Assembly: GCA_963748825.1 (NCBI GenBank)
Contig: CAVVKN010000022.1
Coordinates: 128,001 to 192,000 of the forward strand
DNA: 64,000 nucleotides
Direction of reading: 5' to 3'
Source of the DNA: Methanotrichaceae archaeon
Lineage (GTDB): Archaea; Halobacteriota; Methanosarcinia; Methanotrichales; Methanotrichaceae
Position numbers and translations under genes: made by a program. This document shows, in pieces, positions 41,627-50,781 of the stretch. Under the pieces are notes generated by a model. The model searched no databases. It had not been told where the DNA came from and saw nothing but the letters and a program-made list of their open reading frames with translations. Numbering within the stretch: the first letter of the stretch is position 1; every line of letters begins with the position of its first letter.

Positions 41627-41802
41627 TTTCCTGGCCTCAGAAATCTTCGCAATGTCCTTCATCTTCTCTTCCATTACTTCCTTCATTTGCATGCAACTTT
41701 GCGATTGCTTTTGCCATCGCTTATCTTAATACGACGTCTTAAAATAAGGCGCTTTGGGTAGCATTAAAAGCGTTATCAGTCCCAGTAAGGAAACAGGAAA
41801 CC

Positions 41803-41895
41803 TGAGAGAATGGGGTGGCTGCAAATGCTTTATTAGGTTGGGAGGGCTGGAGGAAAGCCCACCCGAGGAGGTCTTAATGGCGAGCCCCACTCTCA
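41803..41895 (+). ncRNA. Candidate structured RNA hairpin upstream of guaAB
   Basis: Nested helices TGAGAG/CTCTCA, TGGGG/CCCCA, TTATTAGG/CTTAATGG (G-U pairs), TTGGG/CCCGA, GGGCT/AGCCC. Confidence 0.35.
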
Positions 41896-42059
41896 AATCT
41901 CGCCGGTAAATTCTTCTCTTTCATAATTTATAGCCTTATTTTTCATGTACATCTCATATTAATATCATCTAGTAAAGCAGCAGCAAGCCTATATTCATGA
42001 TGGCGGGCGAGAATAATCATAACCGCAAGCCTATTATTCTCAAAGCAGGGCATGCTATT

Positions 42060-42974
42060 ATGGCCATGAATGTGCAACGTTTCATAGAGGACGCCATCGA
42101 GGAGATCAAGCGCGATGTTAAGGGACGCGCCATCATAGGTTTGTCGGGAGGCGTGGACAGCTCGGTATGCGCCATGCTGGCCCATCGCGCCATTGGAGAC
42201 CGCCTGGTTCCGGTTTATGTGGACTCGGGGCTCATGAGGCAGTTCGAGTCGGACCGAATCGAGCAGCTCTTCCAGGACATCGGCCTGGTGCGCGTGAATG
42301 CTCACGACCGGTTCCTCGATGCCTTGAAAGGGGTCACAGACCCGGAAGAGAAGAGGATGATCGTAGGCGAGACCTTCATTCGTGTCTTTGAAGAGGAGTC
42401 ACGTAAGATCGGCGGCGACTGCCTCATGCAGGGCACCATCTACCCGGACAGAATCGAGTCCGATGGAGGCATCAAGGCTCACCACAATGTGGGGGGCTTA
42501 CCCAGTTGCATGGAATTCAAGACCATAGTCGAGCCTCTGCGTGACCTGTACAAAGACGAGGTTCGCGAAGTAGCGCGGGCTCTGGGCCTTCCTCAAGAGA
42601 TCAGCGAGAGGATGCCTTATCCGGGGCCTGGTTTGGCTGTGCGCATCGTGGGCGAGGTCACAGCCGAAAAGCTGGATATTGTCCGCAAAGCCAATGCCAT
42701 TGTGGAGGAAGAGGTCGAAAAATTCAGTCCCTGGCAGGCCTTTGCTGCCTTGCTCGGCAAAGCCACGGGCGTTAAAGGCGATGTCCGGGTCTACGGCTGG
42801 GTGGTAGCTGTTCGTTCCGTATCCTCCCGAGATGCCATGACGGCGGAAGCGATGGAGCTTCCCTGGGAGACACTCAAGCGCATATCCAGCCGCATAACGG
42901 GCGAGATTCCAACCGTGTCCAGGGTGGTCTATGACCTGACACCCAAGCCACCGGGGACGATCGAGTTCGAGTAG
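42060..42974 (+). CDS. guaAB: GMP synthase subunit B (ATP pyrophosphatase)
   Basis: [48 protein letters not shown]. Confidence 0.96.
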   Translation: MAMNVQRFIEDAIEEIKRDVKGRAIIGLSGGVDSSVCAMLAHRAIGDRLVPVYVDSGLMRQFESDRIEQLFQDIGLVRVNAHDRFLDALKGVTDPEEKRMIVGETFIRVFEEESRKIGGDCLMQGTIYPDRIESDGGIKAHHNVGGLPSCMEFKTIVEPLRDLYKDEVREVARALGLPQEISERMPYPGPGLAVRIVGEVTAEKLDIVRKANAIVEEEVEKFSPWQAFAALLGKATGVKGDVRVYGWVVAVRSVSSRDAMTAEAMELPWETLKRISSRITGEIPTVSRVVYDLTPKPPGTIEFE

Positions 42975-43232
42975 AGTCTCTGTGCGCTCTGTGAGCTATC
43001 AACCACAAAATTATTTTTGCAGGTGCTCCTTCCGGCGGGGCGACTCAAGGTGGCCGGAAAGCTCAAGCTGAGGGCGGTCCTTTCGTAGGAAAATGCTGAA
43101 CTTCAAGGCGAGGATCGATCCCTGGACCCACAGACTGTGTACGGTCCTGCAATGGGGCCTGCAGAGAAGTATTTCAGATCGGTGCTGGGGATGGAGGCAC
43201 CCGAGGACCTGCGCGGCCTGACCTGGAATTAG

Positions 43233-43325
43233 TCATGAACGATTGCTCTCAAGCAAGAGACGCCCCTTTTGCGTAAGCCGGTATCTCTGTATGCTGCTAT
43301 GCGGTTTATCGGGCAGCGTCACAAC
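43233..43325 (-). pseudogene. Remnant of a Fic-associated C-terminal winged-helix domain
   Basis: TLPDKPHSSIQRYRLTQKGR resembles the T.PDKP.S..Q.YRLT.KG tail of Fic/ATP-binding proteins; no upstream gene body. Confidence 0.55.
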
Positions 43326-43407
43326 GCATAATGGGGAGACTACCAGAAATTTAATAATCAAAAAAAGGTGATTTGGTTTTGAATGACCGCAGCTTCTGAT
43401 CAAGATC

Positions 43408-43797
43408 CTAGAACTGGGGCCACTTCGGCATATTGATATCTGTGTACCAGAAAGTGCCATACCAGGCGTCGACTCCCAGATGCATATCATCCCATGGACG
43501 GGCTTCCTGCTCATTATCGCATTCAGGACATATAGATTCAGGACATGTGCATTCAGGACTTATGCATCCAGGGCAAATTACTAGATTCCCGGCAGGCGGA
43601 GAAATATTTGTATTATTTGCCTCGCTTCCAATGATTTCCAGCTCCACTTTTTCCATGCCGGAAGATGCGATCCTTGTATTATCGGTTACGCTTCCTACGA
43701 TATCCACAACTACGGATCCTGGGCCGCCAAATGCAGAGGCACTGCAAGCCGATAGCATCAGCGTTAAAGCCAATATGATTGATTTCCTCAACACCAT
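43408..43797 (-). CDS. Small secreted Cys-rich protein, paralog A
   Basis: Signal peptide, DIVGSVTDNTRI / EIIGSEANNTNI repeats, four [CS]P[GE][CS]x repeats, RPWDD. Confidence 0.8.
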   Translation of the reverse strand: MVLRKSIILALTLMLSACSASAFGGPGSVVVDIVGSVTDNTRIASSGMEKVELEIIGSEANNTNISPPAGNLVICPGCISPECTCPESICPECDNEQEARPWDDMHLGVDAWYGTFWYTDINMPKWPQF

Positions 43798-43855
43798 TCC
43801 CCTCCAGCGAATTTCACATTTAAGCTAAACATATTTAACCTATGTTTTATATATA

Positions 43856-43875
43856 CTGGAAGTAGAAAAATCTTT
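43856..43875 (-). promoter_or_regulatory. Conserved upstream (promoter-like) element of paralog A
   Basis: CTGGAAGTAGAAAAATCTTT, 19/20 identical to 44520-44539. Confidence 0.55.
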
Positions 43876-44053
43876 CGGGCCGACAAGGTCGGATTTCTTA
43901 GAGCATTATTAGAAATAAATAGATCAAAGATGGCCATTGCCTGGAATAAATCCGCAAAGGAATTAGTATACAAAGAATATAAAAAAATATTTTTTAAACT
44001 TATGTTGCTTTTTTTCGGTTATTCAAAAACACTTCTCCCAACCGAAGCTTTGG

Positions 44054-44479
44054 CTAAGGATTTGTGGTCACTCTCCCCAAAGTGAGGATCTTTGGTGCAG
44101 TGCTTACGTATATCGGATCTCTTTTAATAAGTGGCCGGTTATATCTAGTGGGAATATACGAACTCCATGGGTAGCATAGCGGCCTCTTGAAGTCGTCCCA
44201 TGGGGTTCTATAGCATTTTTCCTCGCCACATGGAGCGCAGCCCCAACAATCTTTTCCACATGTCTTTTTAACCACTTCAGTCGGGTAGCCGATCTGGATG
44301 TTGCTTGCAGTGCTGCCGACTATATTTACTTCGACCGGCATGCCGTCAGGTGCTATGATCGTGGTATTGTTCGCCCGGCTTCCTAGAATGTCAAGGCCGG
44401 TCGCTGGCCCGCTGATGGCACCCTGTGCGACAGATGCCCATAGGATAAGTATGCTGATCAGAACAATTTGCTCTCTCAA
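44054..44479 (-). CDS. Small secreted Cys-rich protein, paralog B
   Basis: Signal peptide, DILGSRANNTTI / NIVGSTASNIQI repeats, CGKDCWGCAPCGEEKC, TPWDD. Confidence 0.8.
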   Translation of the reverse strand: MREQIVLISILILWASVAQGAISGPATGLDILGSRANNTTIIAPDGMPVEVNIVGSTASNIQIGYPTEVVKKTCGKDCWGCAPCGEEKCYRTPWDDFKRPLCYPWSSYIPTRYNRPLIKRDPIYVSTAPKILTLGRVTTNP

Positions 44480-44519
44480 ACCTTTCGCCCCCTTTTATAA
44501 TTAAGTCTATTAAAATGTC

Positions 44520-44539
44520 CTGGAAGTAGAAAAACCTTT
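44520..44539 (-). promoter_or_regulatory. Conserved upstream (promoter-like) element of paralog B
   Basis: CTGGAAGTAGAAAAACCTTT. Confidence 0.55.
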
Positions 44540-44576
44540 TGTTGCAGCGCAAACCATTAAATCCCATCCGGGAAGA

Positions 44577-45488
44577 TTGGGACCTGTGAAACTGATTTAT
44601 GTGGCTGGCAAAGGAGGCGTGGGCAAAAGCGTCTGCTCGGCAGCTTCCGGCATCTGGAAAGCGCATCAAGGAAAGGATACCCTGGTCTTCTCCATGGACC
44701 CGGCCCACTCGCTCTCAGACATCTTTGACATCGATCTGGGAAGCCAGCCCCGGAAGATCCGCGAGCACCTCTATGCCTATGAGCCCGATCTGGCAGAGGA
44801 GGCGCGAGGCTTCTTTCGCAGATACAAGAACATATTTACCGCCCTCTTCGGCCTCTTCGAGGTGGAGGTGAAGCCCGAGGACTTCGGGAACATGCCCGGT
44901 GTCTCCGAGCTCATCTTCATGGATAAATTAAACGACATTTACGTCGAGAAGAAGTACGACTTTGTGATCATAGACTCGGCACCAACAGCCATGGTCCTGC
45001 CTTTGCTGCAACTGCCCTCCATTACCACCGGATTTGTCACAAAAGTGCTGGGCATGAGAAATAGATGGATGGGTGTTCTCGACCTTTTGCAGCCCGGTTT
45101 TGGCGATCGCATACTCTCTGAGGTTCGGACCATGCGCCTGAAAGCCGAGAACATGCGAAGCGCCCTGCTCGACCCGGAGACGGCCAGCATCACCGTGGTT
45201 ACCATCCCCGAGAAAGCTGCTGTGGAGGAGAGCCGTCGCCTGATTGAGACGGTAGAGTCGCACGGAGTTGCTGTCTCGTCCATTGTCATCAACCACGTGA
45301 TCCGGGACTGCGACTGTCGCTTTTGCCAGGAGAAGAAGGCATCTCAGATCTCTTACATCCGGGAGCTAAGGGACCGCTACCAGGAAAAGCGCATTGCTGT
45401 TTTGCCCGACTACGGGGGAGAGATAAAGGGAGATGGTCTCTTGAAGGTGGCAGAGGACCTCTACGCAAAGGAGCAGCTCAAAATCTGA
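44577..45488 (+). CDS. ArsA/Get3 (TRC40)-family ATPase, single domain
   Basis: GKGGVGKS, SMDPAHSLSD, IDSAPT, C-terminal CDCRFC. Confidence 0.9.
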   Translation: MGPVKLIYVAGKGGVGKSVCSAASGIWKAHQGKDTLVFSMDPAHSLSDIFDIDLGSQPRKIREHLYAYEPDLAEEARGFFRRYKNIFTALFGLFEVEVKPEDFGNMPGVSELIFMDKLNDIYVEKKYDFVIIDSAPTAMVLPLLQLPSITTGFVTKVLGMRNRWMGVLDLLQPGFGDRILSEVRTMRLKAENMRSALLDPETASITVVTIPEKAAVEESRRLIETVESHGVAVSSIVINHVIRDCDCRFCQEKKASQISYIRELRDRYQEKRIAVLPDYGGEIKGDGLLKVAEDLYAKEQLKI

Positions 45489-45542
45489 AAACATCACCAA
45501 ATTGATATATTTTGTAGTTGAAGATAGGAGAGAGGAAAGACC

Positions 45543-46478
45543 ATGTTCAAAAAAGTTCTCGTTCCCACCGACTTCTCCAGCTATGCCCACAAGATGCAAG
45601 AGTGCCTGGCGGACATACCGGGCATAGAAGAGATCGTGCTCCTTAACGTCGTGGACGGCGGCAATCCCATGAACCTGGAGAGGAAAGGATGGAGCTATGA
45701 CTCTCTTATCGATGAAGCTGAAACAAGGCTCGCAGAGCAGGCCGATCACCTTGCCCATCTGGGCGAGAAAGGCCCCTCGGTCCGGCCGCTTTTGAAGGTC
45801 ATCGTGGAGCCGATGAGCGGTGCGGACGGGGTCGATATGAAGAGGCTGCAGCCCAGATCGGGTCTGGGGCTGATAGAGGGAGGCAGTGTGGGCGAGGCCA
45901 TTGTCAAGGCGGCAGAGGAGGAGAATGCCTCTCTCATCTGTATGGGCGCGCAGGGCAGAGGGCTGGTTGAGGGCATGCTCCTGGGATCAGTCTCGACCGA
46001 GGTGCTCAGGCAGGGCCAAACGGATCTGCTCATCATCCGCCACATGATCCTGGATGGCGGCAAAGACGGAGAATATGAGAGGTTCTGCCGGGATATATTT
46101 TCTAAAGTTATGCTCACCACAGACTTCTCCGAGGCGGCTCTTGAGACAGTATCCAAGGCCAAGGATCTGATGGGCGTCAGGGAGATCTTGCTGGTGCATG
46201 TGATCGCCAGAGAGTTGGATTTCGATGAGGCGGCAAAGAGGCTGAACCTGCTGCGTGAGGAGCTGGCAGGCCCGGGCAGAAAGATCACTGTGCATGTCCT
46301 GGAGGGCCATCCTGCAGAAGAGATCCTGGCTTTAGCCGAGAAGCAAGATGTTTCCTTGATAATGATGGGCTCTCAGGGAAAGAGCTGGAGCCGACAGATT
46401 CGCGTAGGAAGCACGACCTTTGATGTGGCCCGCCAGGCAAAAAGCCCCGTGATGGTGATCCGGCCCAAGAAGAGCTGA
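45543..46478 (+). CDS. Universal stress protein (tandem USP domains)
   Basis: MFKKVLVPTDFS...MGAQG..LLGSVS; second domain TTDFS...MGSQG..VGST. Confidence 0.92.
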   Translation: MFKKVLVPTDFSSYAHKMQECLADIPGIEEIVLLNVVDGGNPMNLERKGWSYDSLIDEAETRLAEQADHLAHLGEKGPSVRPLLKVIVEPMSGADGVDMKRLQPRSGLGLIEGGSVGEAIVKAAEEENASLICMGAQGRGLVEGMLLGSVSTEVLRQGQTDLLIIRHMILDGGKDGEYERFCRDIFSKVMLTTDFSEAALETVSKAKDLMGVREILLVHVIARELDFDEAAKRLNLLREELAGPGRKITVHVLEGHPAEEILALAEKQDVSLIMMGSQGKSWSRQIRVGSTTFDVARQAKSPVMVIRPKKS

Positions 46479-46481
46479 AGA

Positions 46482-46518
46482 GGGAAAGCCGGGGTCCGGC
46501 CATTCCCCGTCCCTTTTT
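46482..46518. terminator. Hairpin plus T-tract between convergent genes
   Basis: GGGAA.GCCGG...CCGGC..TTCCC followed by CCCTTTTT. Confidence 0.4.
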
Positions 46519-46561
46519 GCATCAGGTTTGATTCACATCGAATTTCCGCAAAATGAATTCG

Positions 46562-47257
46562 CTATTTTTCCGCGGCTTTTCGGATCTGCTCCATCATCAT
46601 TTCGGCAGCCTTGTAGTACGCATCTCGGGGCATCAGCGCTCGGCTAACCCGGGCTTCCAGCTCCTCGGAGATCGTGCCCTCTTTCACGAGCTGGCGGCCT
46701 GCTTCTCTGGCAGCCTGGAAGATGTCCTCCACCAATTTCGTCTCTCCTGCCTTTACCATATCTTTCATGCCATCTGCCATGGGACGCAGCAATGCTCCGG
46801 CGAAGTCAGAGCTTTCGTTCGGCCTGGTGTAGATGGCCCTCATCTGCAGGAGCAGAGGATCGAACATTGACAGCTCCCAGGCACCGCAGGTGGAGACAAG
46901 AACGGCCTTCGGGTGCTTCGCCTGGCCACCCTGCAAATTGAGGGGCAGTTGCCTATCCATCAGATTTTTAAGAGGTCCTGTCACGCCTGCATAGTAAACC
47001 GGGCTGGCCCAGACTATGACATCCGCTTCTTTTATCTTGGGCAAAAGCATCTGCATGTCATCCTTCTGGCCGCAAATTCCAGGATTTTTAAACCAGCAGC
47101 TCAAGTCTCCATTGCAGGCACCTATCTTCAGTTTCCTGGTGTAAAATACTTCCACATCGCTGCCTGCTTCCCTCATGCCCTCAAGGAAGGGATTGAGGAT
47201 CATGGCTGTATTTCCCTCATCCATGTGAGGGCTGCCGTTTATAGCAAGAACCTTCAT
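46562..47257 (-). CDS. Flavodoxin-like / iron-sulfur flavoprotein (NADPH-dependent FMN reductase family)
   Basis: INGSPH..GNT, CNGDLSCW...C..KDDM, ASPVY, KNLMDR. Confidence 0.9.
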   Translation of the reverse strand: MKVLAINGSPHMDEGNTAMILNPFLEGMREAGSDVEVFYTRKLKIGACNGDLSCWFKNPGICGQKDDMQMLLPKIKEADVIVWASPVYYAGVTGPLKNLMDRQLPLNLQGGQAKHPKAVLVSTCGAWELSMFDPLLLQMRAIYTRPNESSDFAGALLRPMADGMKDMVKAGETKLVEDIFQAAREAGRQLVKEGTISEELEARVSRALMPRDAYYKAAEMMMEQIRKAAEK

Positions 47258-47347
47258 AGAAATTGTTCTTTAACTCAACCAATAAATAATGATCGTAATC
47301 GAATAGCAAGTTATATCGACCAGTAGAATTCAAGGAATGACCTGGAA

Positions 47348-48127
47348 ATGTCCTCATATTCGGCGTATAGCGGAAATGGCCTCGACCAGATAGATCCATT
47401 TGATGCCGGCGACAACAACCTCTGGCGCAAAGCAGAGTACCTGGGTCGCTACCTCTTTGCTTCTGATTTTTTAAGACCCTATAAACCCGATCTCGTGGCT
47501 GATATCTCCTGCGGCATGGGATACGGAGCTGCAGAGCTATGCAGTGTGGCCGGGAGGGTTATCGGAATTGACGCCAATCGCGCTCTGATGGAATCAGCCA
47601 GCCAGAGGTGCAAAATGCCAAACCTGCATTTTCTCTTTAAAGACCTGGATGAAGAGGATCTCTATCCCAATATTGCAGAGGGCAGCGTTGCGGCTGTCAT
47701 CAGCTTCGAGACCCTGGAGCATCTGCTCGATCCATTTCGGGCTGTGGCCCAGTTCTCCAAAATCCTGCAGCCGGGCGGTTTTCTTATTTGTTCAGTCCCC
47801 AATGTCCTTTCCGAGTCCGGTGATAGTAGCGGTCTTCCCAGGAACAAGGCCCACAAACAATGGTTTAATTTTGCATCGCTCTCCCGGATGGTGCAGCGGC
47901 ATGAGATGCGAGTGATCTACCGGCTGGGCCAGTCCTGGTCCAAGGCGCTCTTTCGAAGAGAGCAGCAGCTTTCCAATGCCAAGCGACTTACGCGAAAGCT
48001 TGGCGATGAGCCGGTCATGCACTCGCCGGAAATGATGCGATGGCTCTCTTATGTCGCGGCATATCCCACCGTCGAGGATGTGGACGGCTCTTACTCCATT
48101 ATCATTGTTGCCCAAAAGAACAAATGA
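47348..48127 (+). CDS. Class I SAM-dependent methyltransferase
   Basis: DISCGMGYG, SFETLEHL, LQPGGFLICSVPN. Confidence 0.88.
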   Translation: MSSYSAYSGNGLDQIDPFDAGDNNLWRKAEYLGRYLFASDFLRPYKPDLVADISCGMGYGAAELCSVAGRVIGIDANRALMESASQRCKMPNLHFLFKDLDEEDLYPNIAEGSVAAVISFETLEHLLDPFRAVAQFSKILQPGGFLICSVPNVLSESGDSSGLPRNKAHKQWFNFASLSRMVQRHEMRVIYRLGQSWSKALFRREQQLSNAKRLTRKLGDEPVMHSPEMMRWLSYVAAYPTVEDVDGSYSIIIVAQKNK

Positions 48128-48159
48128 TGATCGGATATTCCGAAATGGCGTTTCTGGAC

Positions 48160-49377
48160 CTAAACTCCCAGGGCGTTTATGGCTTCAATAAGTTCCCCGA
48201 AGGCCTCCATTTCCAGATCCAAGACCTCTTCCGTTGTCATGGAGATGCTCATCTCTCCATCCACGGTGAGCCTGTCCGGGCCCCGAGCCACAATCCTGTC
48301 CCGGCCGTCGCGGCCAAGCGCCTTTTTGATATCTTTCTCATGGGCCAGAGTGCGACCGGGAATGATGACCGTGTCTTTTACCTCATCAAGATCCAGGTTC
48401 ATGAAATCCTCTATGGTTATCAGGCAGCCTACATCTTTGTTGACTCCGACCACATTCACTTTTTCTCTCATTTGCTGGAAGATAGCTGTCAGCAATGGCA
48501 GGGCTACACTGCTGGTGATGACGGTTGCGCTTCTGCGTAAGTGTGGAAGGGAAGCGATCCTTTCCGGATGGCGGGCCAGAGCAAAGGGCGCTCCCGTGAG
48601 CGGATCCCAGAGAGGAGTTCCGGTTACCCGCAAGCGATGCCCCGCTGCAGTTTGCGTGACGATGTTTTGAAACTCTTCTATGGAGTGTGGCGTTATGCCC
48701 GGCATGATAGGAGCATTGCCCAGGATCAGGCCCTGCTCGCGAGAGTTGGCAAATCTCATCAGGATCAATCCCTTCGCCCCCATATCATCCAGGTCGCTGC
48801 AGGTCTTCTCCAGCTCTTCGCCATCGTTTACGCCGGGGATGAGAACGCAGGCACAGTAAACCTCACAGCTCTTGCAGAATATCTTGAGGCATTCGAGGGC
48901 AATCTCCGCATTTTTGTCGCCCATATACTTCCTTCTTAGCTGTGGATTTGTGGAAAAGACGGTAAAGGAGACCTCAGTTACGCCTGCCTCTACCAGGGCG
49001 GCGGCATCATTCGCGCTCTTGAAGCCTTTTCCGGAGGTGTAGCCTAAAGCGATAGGGACCATGCCCTGAGAGAGCATCTTCGTGAGAGGCAGAAGGTCTG
49101 GGTAACAACTCAGATCCCCGCCGCCGCTGATGGTGACTTTATCAGGGATGCTGCCCATGCACTTTCCTGCTACATCGAAAACGACGGCGTCCATGGGCTT
49201 GAAACCTGGATAACCTTCCACAATGGCGCGGGAGCAGTAGTCGCAGCCCTTCTGGAAGGGCATGCAATACTTGCAGCCGAAGGGTGAAACGCTTTTTACT
49301 CCTTTGAAATAACAGTAGCTACAAAAGCCCTTGCAATCCAGGCCCGGTCTTCCTCCGACATCGGCAAGTATCTCCAT
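48160..49377 (-). CDS. mmp10: Methyl-coenzyme M reductase arginine methyltransferase Mmp10 (radical SAM, methanogenesis marker 10)
   Basis: DVGGRPGLDCKGFCSYCYFK, GCKYC...CDYC, RFANSREQGLILGN, LTVDGEMS. Confidence 0.95.
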   Translation of the reverse strand: MEILADVGGRPGLDCKGFCSYCYFKGVKSVSPFGCKYCMPFQKGCDYCSRAIVEGYPGFKPMDAVVFDVAGKCMGSIPDKVTISGGGDLSCYPDLLPLTKMLSQGMVPIALGYTSGKGFKSANDAAALVEAGVTEVSFTVFSTNPQLRRKYMGDKNAEIALECLKIFCKSCEVYCACVLIPGVNDGEELEKTCSDLDDMGAKGLILMRFANSREQGLILGNAPIMPGITPHSIEEFQNIVTQTAAGHRLRVTGTPLWDPLTGAPFALARHPERIASLPHLRRSATVITSSVALPLLTAIFQQMREKVNVVGVNKDVGCLITIEDFMNLDLDEVKDTVIIPGRTLAHEKDIKKALGRDGRDRIVARGPDRLTVDGEMSISMTTEEVLDLEMEAFGELIEAINALGV

Positions 49378-49471
49378 GCCAAAAGCAACTTTGCGAGAGG
49401 GTAAATAAGTTTTGGGCTTTCAGATCTGTTTCTGTAGAGATTAGGTTTCCTATAACCAAACAGATGCGTTT

Positions 49472-50386
49472 TTAGATAATGTTGATGGCCAGCAAACAAT
49501 AAATCAGAAACAGAAGAATACCCTCCAGGCGAGTGATAGTATTATTGAGGGACATGAAGCCCAGGAGGAAGCTTAGCAAGATCATGGCTGGAAGTGTGGA
49601 AAAAAGAAAGCCGCTCTCCACAGTGACTGTTGCAAAGAGGGAGCTTGTGCCCAGGATTATCAGTGAATTAAATGCATTGGATCCCAGAACGTTGCCCATA
49701 GCAATCTCATATCTTCCGCTTCTAGCGGCCATCACGGAAGTAGCAATCTCGGGCAGAGATGTTCCCAAAGCCACTAAAAGGAATGCAATCAGCGATTCAC
49801 TTATGTTCATATCTTGCGAGATGGCCAGTGCTGAAGAGACAAGATACCTGGCGCCAACGTAGAGAAGCGCCATTCCCAGAAAAAAACCTGCAACCTGCTT
49901 GAGGTCAAGTTTTTCCCTTTTTGTTCTCTCAGAATTACGATGCTGGCCGAGTTCGTGATTGATAAAAGCCAGATACATGAGGATGAGAGCAATCCCCTCC
50001 ACCCACGTTACCTGCAGATCTATGAAGACTACCAGGGTGGATATGGCAGAAGCTAAAAGAAGGGGTATATCGGTGTCTGTTATCCGCCTGCTTACGTAGA
50101 TGGGAAAAAGCAGGCTTGCCAATCCCAAAGCCAGACCGATGTTGGCGACATTGGAGCCTATGACGTTGCCCACTACCAGGCCCGGGTGGCCGGAGAGCAT
50201 GGCAAATATGGATGAGGCCAGCTCAGGCATGGACGTCCCAAAGGCTACAACGGTTGCCCCAATAACGAATTCAGATACACCGGCAACTTTTGCTATGTGC
50301 CTGGCGCTATTTGTCAGCAGCTTTGCCCCCAGGAGAAGGGCCGAGAGGCTGAAGACAAAAATTAGAAATTGCTGCATTTCCAACAT
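49472..50386 (-). CDS. Ca2+/Na+ antiporter (CaCA family)
   Basis: Alpha repeats GTSMPE...GNVIGSN and GTSLPE...GNVLGSN. Confidence 0.93.
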   Translation of the reverse strand: MLEMQQFLIFVFSLSALLLGAKLLTNSARHIAKVAGVSEFVIGATVVAFGTSMPELASSIFAMLSGHPGLVVGNVIGSNVANIGLALGLASLLFPIYVSRRITDTDIPLLLASAISTLVVFIDLQVTWVEGIALILMYLAFINHELGQHRNSERTKREKLDLKQVAGFFLGMALLYVGARYLVSSALAISQDMNISESLIAFLLVALGTSLPEIATSVMAARSGRYEIAMGNVLGSNAFNSLIILGTSSLFATVTVESGFLFSTLPAMILLSFLLGFMSLNNTITRLEGILLFLIYCLLAINII

Positions 50387-50781
50387 ACATCTCGGCGCAT
50401 GAGATAATAATCTATCGAGAGATATTGGCCCTTCTGGATGATCGAATGGTACCCAAGAACATGTCATAAATGGGAAAACAATATATACATCCACGAATAC
50501 ATGCTTAAGTTAAAGTATTAGATGAATGCTTTAATGGTAGCAGAGGGAGAAGATGGCTCATAAATCAGCAGGGCGCCGGATATAAAGGTCTGCAAGCAGG
50601 ATCTCCAAGCAAAATCTGCGGGCAAGATCTTTGCTCAAGAAAGTGATCGCAATGGAGCGAAACTTTCAACACCCTTTAGAAAACAGATCGCAAAGAAGCA
50701 GCGGACTCATGAGGATGATAAGAGAAAATGGCCGGCAAGGGAAGAAGAAATCTGAGGCAGTGATGCGAGCGGAGGTAACCT

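Noticed and set aside
40751-41761. Long alternative ORFs (e.g. 40751-41761 +, 53578-54570 -, 15743-16597 -, 1192-2040 +)
   Set aside because: Antisense shadows of well-supported genes on the opposite strand
44577-45488. Arsenic resistance operon
   Set aside because: No arsB/acr3/arsC/arsD nearby, and the protein has single-domain Get3-like architecture
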